The notes: generated by a model from the letters alone, not told the origin. Numbered from the stretch's first letter, positions 44,974 to 61,840 are shown. The stretch is 64,000 nt of DNA from Tubulanus polymorphus (GCF_964204645.1 NC_134025.1:20125101-20189100); one strand, 5' to 3'. Numbers and translations are program-made.

Positions 44974-46044
44974 TTAGCTTTTTTTTCTAAATGTGTCATT
45001 CGTTGCGCAGTAAACAAAGAAATTTACGGATGAGTCAAAAACACTTAGCAAAATTCCTACTTTGCGGATGACCATTTGTTCATTTTCAGATAAACTATTA
45101 CCTATTCTTATTCCAAGCCACTCGCGGAAGAAATTTAATAAACGATCTAAAGATGCCGGTATTTCAAATATAAAATACATCAATACAATCATAAAAACCA
45201 TTTTTAATATTTTCAATTCAGTGGATGTGTTTTGAGTTTTCTCTCTGGGCGCTATTGTGTCCATGTGAAATTGTTTCTTATGATTTCGTTTTCTAAGTAT
45301 CATGACTCCAAACAGAGTTAAATTTAATACTATTAAGACATTAATTGGTACAATTACACACATGAACATGAAGGTCAAAAAAGTGAAGTTATACGCATAC
45401 CAATTGTTATAACTAAACGGATTTTTAGTTGTTTTGGCTCCAAATGCTCCCATTGTGAATAATCCCAAAGCACAAGGATGTGTGGCCCTTCCGGGTAAAT
45501 AACACGGAAAATAATGCGGCCAGTAACAAACTGCGGAAAAAAACGTGTTGAAAACTGATAAAGCAATAATTTGTTTTTTGTCCCAGAATCGTCTAAAATA
45601 CAGCGGACTCGCAACAACCAGAAGTCTTTCAAAATTTACTATTACAACGGTCCAATTTTTGGCAGTTTGAAATGTATGGAATAATGGAAGCGCCCATATT
45701 GTAATTTCGTGTCCAAAATACCAATCATCATAACGAGTGAGAATATAATGCCTGTGGGAGTTGCTGATCTCGATAATGATAATACGAAGTGGATAAAGTA
45801 AAAACACTGAAACAAGAAACAGTAAATCAAACCAGGCGAGAATTATAATTGTTTGATAAGTGGAGCGACCGATCCTTCTGAATATTACAATAGAAATAGA
45901 GTTTAGAACCATTCCTGGAATTGAAGCTATTGAATAACTGTAAATATAAATGTTGTAACTGAACACGTAATCCCATCGTTCTGGCGGCAAAATACATTGA
46001 GGAGACTCAGTCGCGGTGGATGTGAGTTGTGTTGTAAAATTCAT
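44974..46044 (-). CDS. Intronless rhodopsin-class GPCR (FMRFamide-receptor-like / invertebrate peptide- or chemoreceptor-like)
   Basis: 356 aa, about 7 hydrophobic helices, N-glycosylation site NFT, LAWFD (TM2), FERL..V..P (DRY position), FEIP (TM6), SSVNFFVY (NPxxY position). Confidence 0.85.
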   Translation of the reverse strand: MNFTTQLTSTATESPQCILPPERWDYVFSYNIYIYSYSIASIPGMVLNSISIVIFRRIGRSTYQTIIILAWFDLLFLVSVFLLYPLRIIIIEISNSHRHYILTRYDDWYFGHEITIWALPLFHTFQTAKNWTVVIVNFERLLVVASPLYFRRFWDKKQIIALSVFNTFFSAVCYWPHYFPCYLPGRATHPCALGLFTMGAFGAKTTKNPFSYNNWYAYNFTFLTFMFMCVIVPINVLIVLNLTLFGVMILRKRNHKKQFHMDTIAPREKTQNTSTELKILKMVFMIVLMYFIFEIPASLDRLLNFFREWLGIRIGNSLSENEQMVIRKVGILLSVFDSSVNFFVYCATNDTFRKKS

Positions 46045-48530
46045 ATTTCACCAGCAGCATTCCCAGTGAAATTAGAGATACTTCAGACTGCGTTCAACTC
46101 TCTTCGACGGTGCAATAACGCATGTGATACATACAGTCTGCTATCAGCCGTATGATAACGCCCATCTCCACTCTGCAGCTGAAATTGTCATGCAAGAAAC
46201 TTTCTCTTTTTATTCACTCTCTACAATAGAATAGATCTATATACAATGTATGATTAAAATAGTAGAATTCTGCGAGTCGCGCTATACCAGAACTACCAGG
46301 CAGTTTCATTTGACTCTATCTACATCAGGTGACTAGACCGGTCAAGAAATTTACGTCAAAACAAGACGAAAATATGTTACAGATAATGAATCCACATTGT
46401 TGATGACACGATGTCATTAGGTGATGTGGCATCTGATGGAAATTTGTGCGGCTGTGTTTTATAGGTTACTTTATCAGCACTCGAGTCGTCGTCTAGTATA
46501 AATCGTCACATTAGTTAAATCCTTTTTAGAGTCCTGATTAGTATTTAGTTGAGATAAATTACAGGACTAGTGAACTAGACCAAACAATACAATTATCAAA
46601 TCTGATATAATGTTAGCTTATATAATAGATTATATATGCTCAAAATTCTTCACAGTGTATTCGCGTGGTAAGGCAGATGCCATTCAAGCACTTTAGAGGC
46701 CATGACTTTCAAGGACCGCCATCAACCCTGCGTTACACTCTTTCTGAGGAGCAAATTCCGGAACAAGGTTTCATACAACAAACATCGACAAATCGGGAAC
46801 ATCATTGTATTCGCAAGGAGAGGAGTTAAACTTTTACAGATTTAGAAACTTTATTTGAATAAACAGCGCTTTTTCAGCCTTAGAGAGCTAACTCTCAAAA
46901 CTTAGCCATTCTTTTGGTTGGTGGCGAGCATAGGGGAGAGCATAGGGGCCAGACCATCCTTATGATAGATATTAGAAATATTGTATTGGCTGAAAATTCA
47001 GTGAAAATTAGATTCAGAGATACATCAAAACCACAAGACCAGGTTTTCCACTCATGAGTCCCTACAGTTCAGTCATTCCATAATTCAAGAACATTTTAAA
47101 TTTCGTTAAGTGTCTGCATCACTCACATATCCCTACTACAGACAGACTCCTAAATCGTTACTGTTTATCTCGGTAACCCATTTAATTCTGTGGAATCAGT
47201 GTGTAAGGCATACGACTACTAACTAGACCTAAATCCTATAGTTTCTAATTGCCAATTTCTCAAAATTCAAGTTGTTTTCTAGGACTTTTGGGTATTAAGA
47301 CAAAATTAAAATTATAACTATGCTCCGGATATGAAGCTCTGTCACATTACGGTCTTGAAGGAATACCTAAGTCATACTGATGATTTAAGAAACACCTTTC
47401 AGTTGTTTATAAGCCCCATGGCTGTGTCTAGAGATACCTTATCTAGATGACAATGCAAAAGGCTGGAATTTCCAGCCTTTTGCATTTTCATCTAGATAGA
47501 ATAGATGTACATAAATTTACCACCCATTTAATTCGTGGGATAAGTACAACTGAATCAACTGCGAATTTCTAGAATTTGATATCTTCACGGAGACAGTAGA
47601 ATACATGAAACTAGATATAAAGTGAATATCAAGACAGTTAAACATCAACAAGTCCATTTTGTTATTTGGTTTTCTGATACTGAATGTGGAAAGTTGCACT
47701 AAGGATTTGGAGGTTAACACTACAATGTACTTAAAACATCTCCTGGTATGACAAAGGACCAATAAACATCGAGGTAAGAATTTACTGATTAAACGATATT
47801 TACCAAGAAGTTGAAATTTGAACATAATTCTACCGAGCCGTTAATTCCTTGAGATAAGATCATTATCTAAGAGATTTCTAGATGATGTAGGCATTCATAT
47901 CCTTTAGCAAGAAAACTGATTTGCATCGACTGTTGTACATTTTGTATCTATCAACTCCTAAATAGGGGGAATTGATAATACAGAAATGAAAGGAACAAGT
48001 ATTTTCCTGCTAGAAACATTATATACGAGCGACTTTTCAAGTTTTATCAGACACTCGCAAGTGGTGGTAGTAGCTACCGATGTGGCGAAGACGTAGTTTA
48101 TGACTCCAGAACAAACTTGTGCCACCTCGTGATAAAATAATTATTCTAGATGATGTAGGCGTTCATTCTTTAGCATGAAAACTGATTAGAATTGACTGTT
48201 TTACATCTTGAAAATTCTTGTTCCATTCCTGATGTCAACAGCAAAACCATCAGTGCTGGCATCATCGAAACCATCCAATGGTTTCACATACTAAGTATCT
48301 ATTCCACACGAGGAGGGCGTTAGCCACAAGGTTCACTGCATCTTACCAAGGATAAGAAAGATCGATGTGAAGATGATTTACGGTGGCAATGGTTACAGAA
48401 CTATGGTAAATCTCGAAGTCGACAGCCAAAGTCCCAACCTGGCTAAAAACGAGACCATGCAAACCATCAATAATTCAAGTTTAGGCTTATTCTTTCGATT
48501 TATTAATAACCTTTTTAAACATATTATTAT

Positions 48531-50409
<1,879 letters not shown>

Positions 50410-50877
50410 GTTGGCTTCCTCGCACCTAAAAAAGAGGGTTCATACGCGTTACTTCCGGCGCAGTGTAGCACTACGCTGTCGGTTCTTATATCAGCTTTTT
50501 TATCCGTACATAGATCAGATTTCGAATTCTGCACCCTTAGTTCATCTAATTATAGTTTGACATACGATTAAGTGGAAAAAATTTTGTAGTTCGTAGCGAA
50601 TATATATATAAATCTAATTTCAATTAGAACTATTTTTGATAATCTTTTCAATCCAATTAAATGAATGACTTTATTGGGCTATTTTGCAGAATAAGAGCAG
50701 GTAGGGCCTATGTATTCTACTTTTCCTATTCTATCCTATTCATATATTCAATCTCGGGTTATTCACATAGAAGCCCAAAGGTTTTCTTAGAATAATTTTT
50801 CTGACGCCATTATTTTGTTCGAAACGGCGTGCCATATGACTGAAAAGATCGTCGATAGGCGGTGCTAGTGTCGCAAA
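50410..50877. promoter_or_regulatory. Divergent promoter region shared by RPS26 and FBXO28; 5'TOP/TCT-like CCCTCTTTTTT at 50428-50438 (-)
   Basis: Head-to-head ATGs about 470 bp apart; pyrimidine tract 18 nt upstream of the RPS26 ATG; ETS-like ACTTCCGG at 50451. Confidence 0.6.
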
Positions 50878-53800
50878 ATGGAGACTGAAAGATTGAATTT
50901 GTTGAGTTTTCCTCAAGAAATTCTTATTAAAATACTCCGGCAGCTTTCTTATGACGAAATAAGTTCTATGAGACTCGTAAGTTTTTTCCTGTTCCCAGTC
51001 CTATATAAGTAAGGTAACAGTTTGTTTCACCCTCTTCGCCATCTGACCTACTACACACCAACAAATTTTTTAGTGCTGCTGCTGAATTCTGAAAAATGCC
51101 AGACAAATTACTCGTGAGACAAATTGACTCACGAAAATTTTTTTGAAAAATGACCTTCCCATCCCTGACTGTGGTTTGTGAAAATATCCGATCATGTAGT
51201 CTGAATACCAGTCGTTGTTACCGGTTCCCCACGTCTGACGCTAAAGCCTAAAGTATCATATAGAGGTTAACTCCTGTTAATTGAAATGCAACAACTGATT
51301 TTAGTGTCAAATCAAACCTTTGTACTAAAATAAATAAATTAGTTACCTTGTTGACTTTGAAAACGTGTTTTATAATAAAATTTTTGATGATTTAAATTGC
51401 GAACCGGAGAATTTATTGATTTGATTTGAATTGAATTGATTGCCACTATCGGGATTTCCAATACGGACTAAATTAATAAAATGTGAAAATTCAATATGTC
51501 TCTCTTAAATTACTCTAAATGTTATTTTTTGTTGATAAAATGCATAAATTTTGGTCAATTTTAACCTTAATAATTTGAAACAAGAATAATATCTGCATTG
51601 GCACCAAGATTGAGTTCCAATCCGTAATTTACACTCCCATCATGCACCACGAAAAGCCGCCATATTTGTTATGTTGCTTCACTTCAACTGTTTTTTGAGG
51701 CGACTAGTCAAAAGTTTTGAGCTACTACGATCGTCAAAAACTACTTAGGATTACACATTTATGCACAAACAATAGTTAACTTCCATCTAATTACAGAACA
51801 GTCAGTTTGAGGTAAGTTGATGGTGTTTTAAGGGGTGAAATAGACGCTCAAAGCCTCGTCCCTCAAAATGAGGGACGAAAATTAACCTTATATGAGAACT
51901 TGCGCCCTAGACGTTGTTTCAGGAACAACGGCTAGGTACTAGACTACCGATCGTGAAACTAAACTAACTCCTTCTTCCCGTCAACTATCCGTCTATGGAA
52001 TAGTGTACCAGCCAGAAGAGATATGTGCTGCGTCCTCAGCAGATGCATGCAAGGCTGCGCTCCTCCGGGAGTGGAGCTCCAAATAGATGTCACCTACTCA
52101 GCCAACATTGTTAGCCCACTTGGGACTTTAGTCCCAGCGGGCTATTGCGTTCACTTTTCGTCTGTCGTCCGTCTGTTCGTCCGTCCGTAGACGGAATCCA
52201 GTTATTTTGGGAAGTTTTGAAGACGCTTCAAGGTAATGTCTTGATATTTGGGTTACACATGTATCTACCCTAGACACATCTTCAGCCCAAAAACTGGCCC
52301 TGTCAGATTCAAGATGGCAGCCATTGTTGTTCGCCAAAATCAGCACTTTTTACACATTTTTGAACTTTTTGAGGGAAATTTTGAAGACGCTTTGATCAAT
52401 TACCTTGATCTTTCGGATATATGTGAATTCCCCCAGGGCCCATCAGCATAACAAAAATTGGGTCGATCGGATTCAAGATGGCCGTCCTATGACCTTTTTA
52501 GTGCCCAAAAATGTTAATTTTGGCCCAAATTCTGAGTCCTGTAGCTTCCTACTGGTTTATCATTTCTCATTGCAATTTGTGATGGGTATTCTTTGGAAAG
52601 GGATGTTTTATACCTGAGACAGGTATTTTTCATCAGCCAATTATGACGCAATTGGCGGCCATCTTGGTGTCAGCAGTACTCATTCGTAAGTGGGAAAAAG
52701 TTTTTCCACATTATATCGATACCTAAGCGTATTTTGTTACCACAATCATTTAGAAAATTGTAGCTCATAACGTGTTCTATGATTGTGGTGAGTTTCAAGG
52801 TCATTGGTTTTTGTATATGGCCACCAGGGGGCGTTGAATGATGCAATATCTTAGTATTTCTATATTATATTCGTATCAATGCATATTTTGTAACCACAAT
52901 CAATTGCAAATTTGTAGCTCATGACATCATCTATGATTGTGGCAAGTTTTAAGGCCATTAGTTATTCTATATGGTCACCAGGGGGCGTTGAATAGTAGAA
53001 TAACTTAGTATTTCCTTATTATATTGGTACCTAGGCATATTTTGTTACCATGATCAATTACAAAGTTATAGTTCATGACATGTTCTATGATTATGGTGAG
53101 TTTCAAGGTCATTGGGTTTTGAATATGGTCACCAGGGGGCGTTGAATAGTAGAATAACTTAGTATTTCCATATTAAATTGGTAACGAGGCATATTTTGTT
53201 ATCAAAATCGATTACAAAATCGTAGCTGCTGACATGTTCTATGATTGTGGTGAGTTTCAAGGTCATTGGATTCTGTATATGGTCACCAGGGGGCGTTGAA
53301 TATTGAAATTGTTAGATTGTTGAGCATTTGGAACCACTTCCCAAGTGGGCATGGTGTCCCTGGACCCCTAGTTTTCTTTTTTTTTTAACTGTACATATTT
53401 GAATTTTAACCGTAACTGATATCCAGTCCGAGCATCGCTGACAAACGCTGTGGGACAATGCCCAACTACGGGTCCTCCACATTACTCTAAAGAAGAAGAA
53501 GAAGGAACCACAGTCAGGTTACTGACTAGTCCACTCCAGCAGCGACTCAGTCAGATCTTATTTGTATTGTAGGCCTATAACTAATTTATCTAGCTAATTG
53601 TAAACTGTTGCCCGATAAATCAATTCAAATCAATTCTCAGCTATAAATCATCAAAAATCTACTCAAAAATAAGACAAATCAAAAAGCAGCAAATATCCAC
53701 TTTCTATACGGTAATTGCCTAGGCAAACTTCAAATGACCGACAAAACACTTTATATTTGATAGTTGAATTGAATGCATTTCACAGTATCAGTCGTCTTCG

Positions 53801-56800
53801 AACTAGCATTTGTGCATTTCATTGCAGAAAAACAAGTCTCATCCATCTTTGAATGGACAATAGGCCTAGTGTCCAGCAGCAGCTGTTGTTTCCTGGCAGA
53901 GAAGATTAATCTATAGATTTTCTGATATTCAGACTTGTTTCGTGCGTCATGAAGTTCCCTCAAAGTTTTAAGTTCAACACTTCAAATTTATTTCACGGAA
54001 AGCATATTAGGCTACAGGCTACAGAGATTAAAGGAGAAAGAATAGAAACAATAAGATTTACAGTTTTTCAAGCACAAAGAGAGAGAAAAAATGCTTTCTC
54101 TGTCGGTTTACTCTGGCCATACCTCCCCCATCGATCATTGAGATCGGTTTTTTTGAAAATAAATTGCTGTTTTTTCTTTTATTCAGATATGTTCACAGTT
54201 TGAGAAAATATGTCAAGGCATTTTGAATCGTGGTTTTACTCGAGTTGATCGTTTGCATTCTGCTTGCCTCAAATCGATCAAGGCTCTGTTACCGAGGCGA
54301 GAGTCAGAAAGGCGAAACCATCCGCTTTCTCGCCACGTCGACATACTGACCGCGCTAGAGACAAGGCTGTCCCTATTGGGCATGACCTATGTGAAGTATA
54401 TAGACATGGGTGTTTGTTGCTTTATTCCCGGAAAGGTAAGAGCTGTTTAATATAATAACTATTTTTATTTCTGCAAAAGGTAATTCTTAATTCCTTTTAG
54501 AGGGCCTACTGTGGGGGACCAAGTCTTCAAGTTTAGTCATGGTGCTCGATGAAATACTCAAAATCTTGGTCCTGGTGTCAATAATTTTCATGCTCTGTTC
54601 CATTGAACTCTATCTGGTAAACTCACTGAGTATGGAACGAACAGTTCAAATGGAGGATGTTTGCGGTCAAGAAAGCAGTGCATGATGGGGGTGTTTAACC
54701 CTTTCATACAGACTTATTTTTGCCCTAAAGTGCTGGAGATGATTTGAAAATTTTTAGAAAAATGAGAACCCTGTGCGTTGTTAAGATGGGCACACGGTGC
54801 ATAGTTACTAACTAATATATCAACATGTTTGACAGGTGCTGCCATCGTTCAGTAGAAATAATAACTAACTACTAATTATGTCGATAAACTGCCTTGCAGA
54901 GTCCATCAGCGATTCATACACCACACTGCAGTGTAGATGCATTGAAAGGGCTGGCAGTTTTCTATATTGCTGTCTACAATTTTTGATAATTATACAGCAG
55001 AGCAGTGTTATATAATATATAATGTATAACGGATTTACTGCTCCAATGCGATGTATCGTCAGTTTTAAGATTCAACAGTATTGCCGACTGTTGCCTTTGT
55101 TCATTCAAAAAGTGCATTATACGGGGTTTCCAGCTGTCCTTCTTTTGGAAGGTCCATCTTTGCGAATTCGACCGTTGAAGTATTTCATTACTCAGTAACT
55201 GGTAATTTCTGGTACCGGCTAATTCAATTATCAGTAAGATTGAATCTACAGGAAAGTGTTATGGAATTACCCTAAAATATATGACTAGTCTACAATTCAA
55301 TTCAATGAAACTATTTATTATACTGTTATATCCATTACGGATTGAGGTGTACAGAGTATACAAATAGAATAAAAATAATAAAACGATACTGATGAAACAA
55401 ATGACTAATTACAGCTACATACAAGGGATAATCACTAGTATTCGGGCAAAGGCATTGCAAAAATGCTCCTTTATGGGCCCTCATTTTACTGGAAAGTACA
55501 TATTTCCGAGTCAAAAAGTCCTTCCTTTTGGGTCTTAAATTGCCGAAAAAGTCCTTCTCAGTACTTCTTTTTACCCTGGCCTTACCACTGGAAACCCTGA
55601 TTATACCATCAAGCATTTAGTTTATTTGTGTTTGTTACAGGTGCTCGACGAAATACTCAAAATTTTGGACATCGTTCAAACGACTGAGAATCTTCCGCGA
55701 GCTCATGAGATATTGCAGGAACTCAGAGATATATCGTCGATGGCCATGGAACACTTTGAGGAGAAAATTCGACCGCGCTTGAAGGCACAGTTGAGTCCAC
55801 AAAAATTTGCCAGCGATGATGGAGACAATTCTGCTGATAATATGCCAGGTAAACCAACGCACATATACCTTCAAAACAGTTGCTTTATTTACTGCCATAG
55901 GCCTCTCTTACATGATTGATTTGAAATCCATATGTTTGATAATTGATTATCGACAGTGATTTTTTAAGCAGTCTAAGTTTGTATCTTGTAAATTCTAACT
56001 CTGTTTAAAAAACAATATCTGGATCCAATTCCAAGCTTCTCAGACGAAGTATGAACATGTAGTTTTTACATGAGGCCCTTGTCTTCTTTCTTCCAATGAG
56101 GAGATACTTCGACACTTACTGCAAACTTCACGGGACCAGAAAACCTGTTCGTTATAACCGATAGTTCTTTATATCCAGTATGAAATTAATTTAATTTTCT
56201 TACATGGGACGATGTTCTATATTCGATGAATTGTTGTACCGGAGTTCGTTATGACGAGTTCCACTGTATCTAGTCAACAAAAATGCGAGTACCGGCAAGG
56301 TGGAGTGTGCCGTTTATTGAATCCATTTACATTTTCAGGTTCTTCATCGCAATTGCTTCCGATCAGCAACGTACCGGTCAACCGGCCTCCAACCATGAGA
56401 AACGACATAATGAAATTGCAATCACAAGCTCGCGGTCACAATTCGTATCTAGTCAACTTCAAAAAAGATCTGAACGATTACAAGCTGCGCGTCGCAGAAT
56501 TGAACAAAACTGTCATCGAGCAGGAGAAAAAGATCATCAAACAGAATCGATTGATCAGTTCTCAGGGGAAAAAGTTAGCCGCTCAGGAGAAAAAGATAAA
56601 CGATATCTCATCGAAGTCGCACGAACATAGTATGCTCTTCGAAGAACTACTCGGTGAGAGGAACTCGCAGAGAAAACACATTAAAATCGAAACGAAAAAT
56701 ACGGCGAACAATTTGCCATGTGTTAAAGATAGCGACGCGGATAATGACTGTGTGTCTACTACGCTAACCACGCGACAAGGGAAACTTCGACCCGGGCAGA

Positions 56801-56859
56801 AGCGAAAATCGAGCTCTAAGTCTTCCGCGGTTGCGACGTCGAAGAGAAAACTTCGATAG
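50878..56859 (+). CDS. FBXO28: F-box only protein 28, 4 exons
   Basis: Exons 50878-50976 (F-box LLSFPQEILIKIL..LSYDEIS), 54187-54435 (LPRRESERRNHPLSRH.DILTALETRLSLL.MTY.KYID...CCFIPGK), 55641-55848 (VLDEI...RAHEILQELRDISSMAMEHFEEKI), 56339-56859 (coiled coil, basic tail). Confidence 0.93.
52111..53373 (+). mobile_element. HINE/DINE-1-like element, copy 1 (FBXO28 intron 1)
   Basis: 5' TTAGCCCACTTGGGAC, 3' TCCCAAGTGGGC plus stem-loop and T-run; (GTCC)-type microsatellite; ~150-bp tandem units with CACCAGGGGGCGTTGAA. Confidence 0.75.
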
Positions 56860-57869
56860 AAATTCGTGACGATTTAGAAATGTACATGATTCTACAGGGT
56901 CATTTCACAGAATGACCTAACGTTTCATTGAAGTTTCATCAGTAGTATTGTCTTACTCTATAGCTAACGAAACATTCTGTTGCACGAGTCTCTCGTGTAA
57001 TGAATGGGTTGTTTGACCAAATGAATATACTGGGGTTGTACATACATACATCCATACATACGTATCACTGTCATTTAAAGGTCATTGGCAGATTAATTCC
57101 TTGAATTTCTATTTTATAGTTTGACACAATGCTTTTAACCTAAGTTTGCATTTGCCATAATAATTTTACAAAATTATTTCGGTAATGCACTGTGAAATTA
57201 AGATTTAACATACAAGGACAGCATGCGGTTTCATTGTGTGTTGTTCAGTAGAGTGGTTGAGTGACGTGAACAGATCTACACATAAGGCGCCTGCTGCAAA
57301 GACCGTCCACGCACACATTGAGACACATTTTATTCAGTGCATTCTGTTGCTGTTTTGTTGAATAGCAGTACATAACAATCCTCCGTATTCACTGAATCTT
57401 CCTCCCAGTCTTTATCGCTATCCATAAATGATGCCATTTAAAAGATGGTGTACATCATATAAGAGCTGTAAAATTACATAAAAGTGTTAAGCTATGTTTT
57501 CATAGTGTGATAGCGCTGTGAGTAAATCCGTTAACATCACAAATCGCAACTGTGATGAACTAGAAGCAATGCATATCGAATCCTGTTATGCCTTCTTTTT
57601 TCATTCCTTACTGAAACAGATTCCAAGCATTTTACCTAATTCAATCCATAAGGTTAGGAGATATTCTTGAATTCTGAATCTAATTTTCCAATGACCTTTT
57701 AAAGTCAGGCCTTGGGTGTTAATTTTTACAGTAGGCCTAATTCAGTGAAATTAAACGTGATAATGGGTACGGTACACTCTGTTATCCCGGAGTCAATTGC
57801 CTCGGCTTTTTGCATACCTACCCACTGTGTATTTTCTTACTCCAATTTATTGTGATAATGACCAATCAT

Positions 57870-58147
57870 GCAGGCGCGGATCTAGGGGGGTCTTTTCTAA
57901 GTGCCCTCAATAAACTTTGTTCGCAAAACAATTTCATGACTCAAAATGCAGGAAATGACTTCAAATCAGTGCTGGAATCTCAAAATTGTCTGGGGGGCCT
58001 CAGACCACCCCCCCCGGAAGGGCTTTCAGTAAAGCAGTGTTAGCCTCCTCGTTCGCTGCGCTCGGTGTGTTGTCAGTGCCCCTTTCTTTTAGGTATGCCC
58101 CTAGAATTCTGAGAAGACCCTCAGATTTACCCCTAGATCCACCCCTG
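57870..58147. mobile_element. hAT-like MITE
   Basis: CAGGCGCGGATCTAGGG...CCCTAGATCCACCCCTG termini. Confidence 0.55.
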
Positions 58148-59711
58148 CCATCCCTGCTCTAACTAGCCCGAAATTTGAACATAAAAGTTTGTATTCCATG
58201 CCTATTGCTTTACCTTATTCTGTGCATACTGTGGAAAATGCATGATACAGAACACAAGAGTTTTTTATATGATCATTTATAATATTTAGATCTCCATGTA
58301 GTGTACGTATTTTATGAATGGTTAAACTGTTATGGGAACAGAATGGTATCCTGCGGTGTTGTGTACACCCAAAAAAAGTCACAAAGCTTTAAATGTTTGT
58401 GCCCATGGTTTCCTTCACAATCCACTGGGCAGTAATAGACCCGGATGCCTACCTTATGCCTGGTCCCAAAAATATATTCAATATTAGATATTTCGACTGA
58501 CTATCGATTTCTAATGAAGCTCTATTTTAGTCAATTAAATTCAGTCATAAATTGATCAATGATCAGTTATTTTATATGCCTAAATGTTTTCTAAATTATT
58601 TCTAGTGTGTTAAGTGCTTTGTTGGTCGTTTGGTGGTTAACACCCATCGATTATGAAATTTTTCACTCTTAATGTCCAGCCAAACTCGCCTAACTTGTAG
58701 AATCATGTGGGTTGTAGTAGTCAAACCTGCTAAATGCGGATCAGTTTATTCCGCATTTTTGTCTGAGCGGGGTATTATTTTCGGTCTGCGATGTAAACAG
58801 GCCCATAGCCTGAGTGAGGACTATGAGGGAAGGTTCATTTTCAAGATATTACCATCGGCTTGTACGTTAACCTTAGTTTCTGAGTTGTATAATCATGTCA
58901 ACCTGTTACCGATATCCAGTGGCTCATTTAACTGTTCAGTGTACAGAGTTCTGCCGCTTGAAATAAGATGGTTGCTCGTATTAACTCCAGTTTAATTTAG
59001 GGGAGAGATGAGTGCAATTGTGTACTCTAAGTAACGCATAATGAAAAATTAATTTTGATGTAACCCAGATATTAGCTAAGGTCCATGGTATACATGAATG
59101 TATACACGTGTATAATACGATGGTTCGGATTTCTCAGTCCTCTGTTCTACATTTTAGGCAAATTTCATTGCGTTCATATTGTTTGTGTTTGTTTCTTGAT
59201 AAGTGTATTTTCCGACATGTTTATGCAACATATGAATAAATGTTTAGCCCACTTGGGGCAGAGCCCCAGCAGACTGCTGAATTCACTACATCCAACCATC
59301 TATAGGCAGAATCAAGATAGGGCTAAAGATGTGTCGTGTCTAGATTATATGTCCATGAGTAGATACATACATAAACCAAATATCAAGACCATACATCAAA
59401 GCATGTCGAAAACTTCCCAATGAAACTAGATTGTGCCTACAGATGGACAAAAAAAAGAATGTAATAGCCTGCTGGAGCTTAGCCCAAATGGGCTAAAATC
59501 CAACTTACTGGGTATCGAGCAAAGCGGAGTCAGCTATACACAAATTTGAGTGGATTATCAAACCACTATAAATCAATAAAAATTTTTATTGTAGTTACCA
59601 GTGATTGAATATCTCATATATGAGGTTGTAAAATATAATGTTTTTGTTTTTATGCGTGATAATTAAGGTTTAAGCCTTTGCATTGTTAAGGTTTTAAGTC
59701 ATTGCAGTGTA

Positions 59712-59826
59712 TAAGGGGTCATTCATTTATTACGTACGCATTAGGGGAGGGATAGGTGCAATTGCGTATAAACGCATAGTGAAAAATTAAAATCTTATGC
59801 GTACGTAATAAATGAATGATCCCTAA
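59712..59826. repeat. Short palindromic MITE
   Basis: GGGGTCATTCATTTATTACGTACGCAT ... ATGCGTACGTAATAAATGAATGATCCC. Confidence 0.65.
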
Positions 59827-61840
59827 TCCACCAGCCCATATTTTGTGGATATCGTGTTAAATACACATAAGTTTAAAATCTCTATGGAAAGATGATAGCA
59901 CCTGTCAAATATTGTGAACTATCAATACACTGCACCACAATAATAGCGTTATATCTGTTATACAGTAAACCTTGCGTACTATGCCCTCGGATAAACTGGA
60001 TACTCACTTATCACACTGAAACTCCCAGTCCCGTTCCTGTATCACTAAAATTCTGATAAAAAACATTGCATATACCAGCCTCTGTATATTGGTATATCAG
60101 GGGTTGACTGTACAATGTATATCGAAATCTTCGGTCCCAGCAAAATGCATTTTCTAATCCTTTAAAATCCCTTCATATGAGGTACTCCTCCCGAGATGAA
60201 GTTTAGTTACCATCGTGGAAATAAATGAAAATCTGCCAGAATCGGTAAACTTTTCTTAATGTTTGTATTGTATAGAGTACGGTATACATACTGGCCAATG
60301 TACCTGTATGTATAACAGACAAAATAGTGTACAAATTAATGGATAATGTACGAAATACACAGCAATACTGGTTCCATCTGGTATGCTATACGCAAGGTTT
60401 ACTAGAGCTATGTCTACACTAGCATTTTGTACCTGGGTTACGCGTCTCCACTACGCTCAAAACGCAGGTTCAATATAGAGTTTTCCGTAAAACCCGGGTT
60501 TTAGTAACCTTTCTTGAAAAAGAAGGGTATACTCCACATTGAACCTGCGTTCGCATAAAACTCGACATTTGTGAAGACGGTAAACCCGCGTTCAATGCAG
60601 TGTTCGGCGTCACTATTGACCTTCACCTTGCACTACGGATATGGGTTCTTACTACCGAAACTGTGTTAAGTGTGCTACTTGCTTCTAACGCGGTTTTTCG
60701 TTGAAGCCCGGAGCATCAAACCCAATAACCTGGGTTCGTTTGATGCGCTAGTGTAGATGTGGTTTATGCAATGCAGTGGAATCTTCTCCAGCAATACAAG
60801 GTGGAGAAGTGTCAGCAGTGACAGGGTTAATATATTTCCTTTATGATCACACAATTTAATTACCAAACTAAGACAAAGTAATTGAAATACATACATTTTT
60901 TATTAAAATCATGATTATAGTTAGTAGAACTAGGAGATCGTCATTTTGATTAGGAAGTTTTTGTTCATTAAAGCCACAACTGATTTGAGGTACATTTTAT
61001 AATCAAATAATGAATGGAATGAGGGCTTTTCTATGGCAAGGATAATCGTCAAATTTTTGTTGGTACATTCTGAAAGAGAACCATAGAATAAAATAGTTTT
61101 TTTTTAAAGAACAGTAAACAGTCAGATTTTTTGGGTCTGGAAGATTTCCTAAGTCTGACTTTTTAGCTTTTTTTAATGAAATGAGCTTGTATTTTGGTGG
61201 ATACAGGTAGTGCCCTAAAAGTGTCCTAAATTTGGTTCCAATACTATCTAGCCTGAACTCTGGATCCGTGCAAGAATTATGCTGTTTTTCCTATGGTCAT
61301 CTGAGCCTATAGACCGCTATCCGTGCGATAGGTTTTTAGGACCATTCACATTGAGAGGTTTTACGGTATTAACGACATAGTTGACAATTGGCAAGCACAA
61401 TTTAAGAGAGGTACTTCTTCTGACACTAAATATCTAATTTAAGAGGCTGTCTGTATATACAGGCCTATGGCCTTCTTTGATGATAAAAAATGATATGATA
61501 TGACATTGACTCCTCGTAAATAGAAAACCCAGGTTACAATTGATTGGAGTTAAGAGTCTACCACATTACTTTTACATTCAGAATAAACTCCGGGATTCAT
61601 AACGTGATAAAACTACGCAATAAATCGCGAGAGACGAATGAAATACGAGTCCCACAATCACAAGTTGAAAGATTTTAAAACATCAAAACTATTAAGAATT
61701 TATTAAAAACTCGAATTTTCGGTTTTATCCTAAAACTATTCTCAAGAGTGAATAAATCGCGAGAGACGAATGAAATAAGAGTCCCACAATCACAAGTTCG
61801 AAAGAGATTTTAAAACATCAAAACTATTAAGAATTCATTA

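Noticed and set aside
52128-52617. Recurrent ORFs MLILANNNG.../MGYTCIYP... also at 62904-63859
   Set aside because: They recur because they lie in copies of a non-coding HINE repeat.
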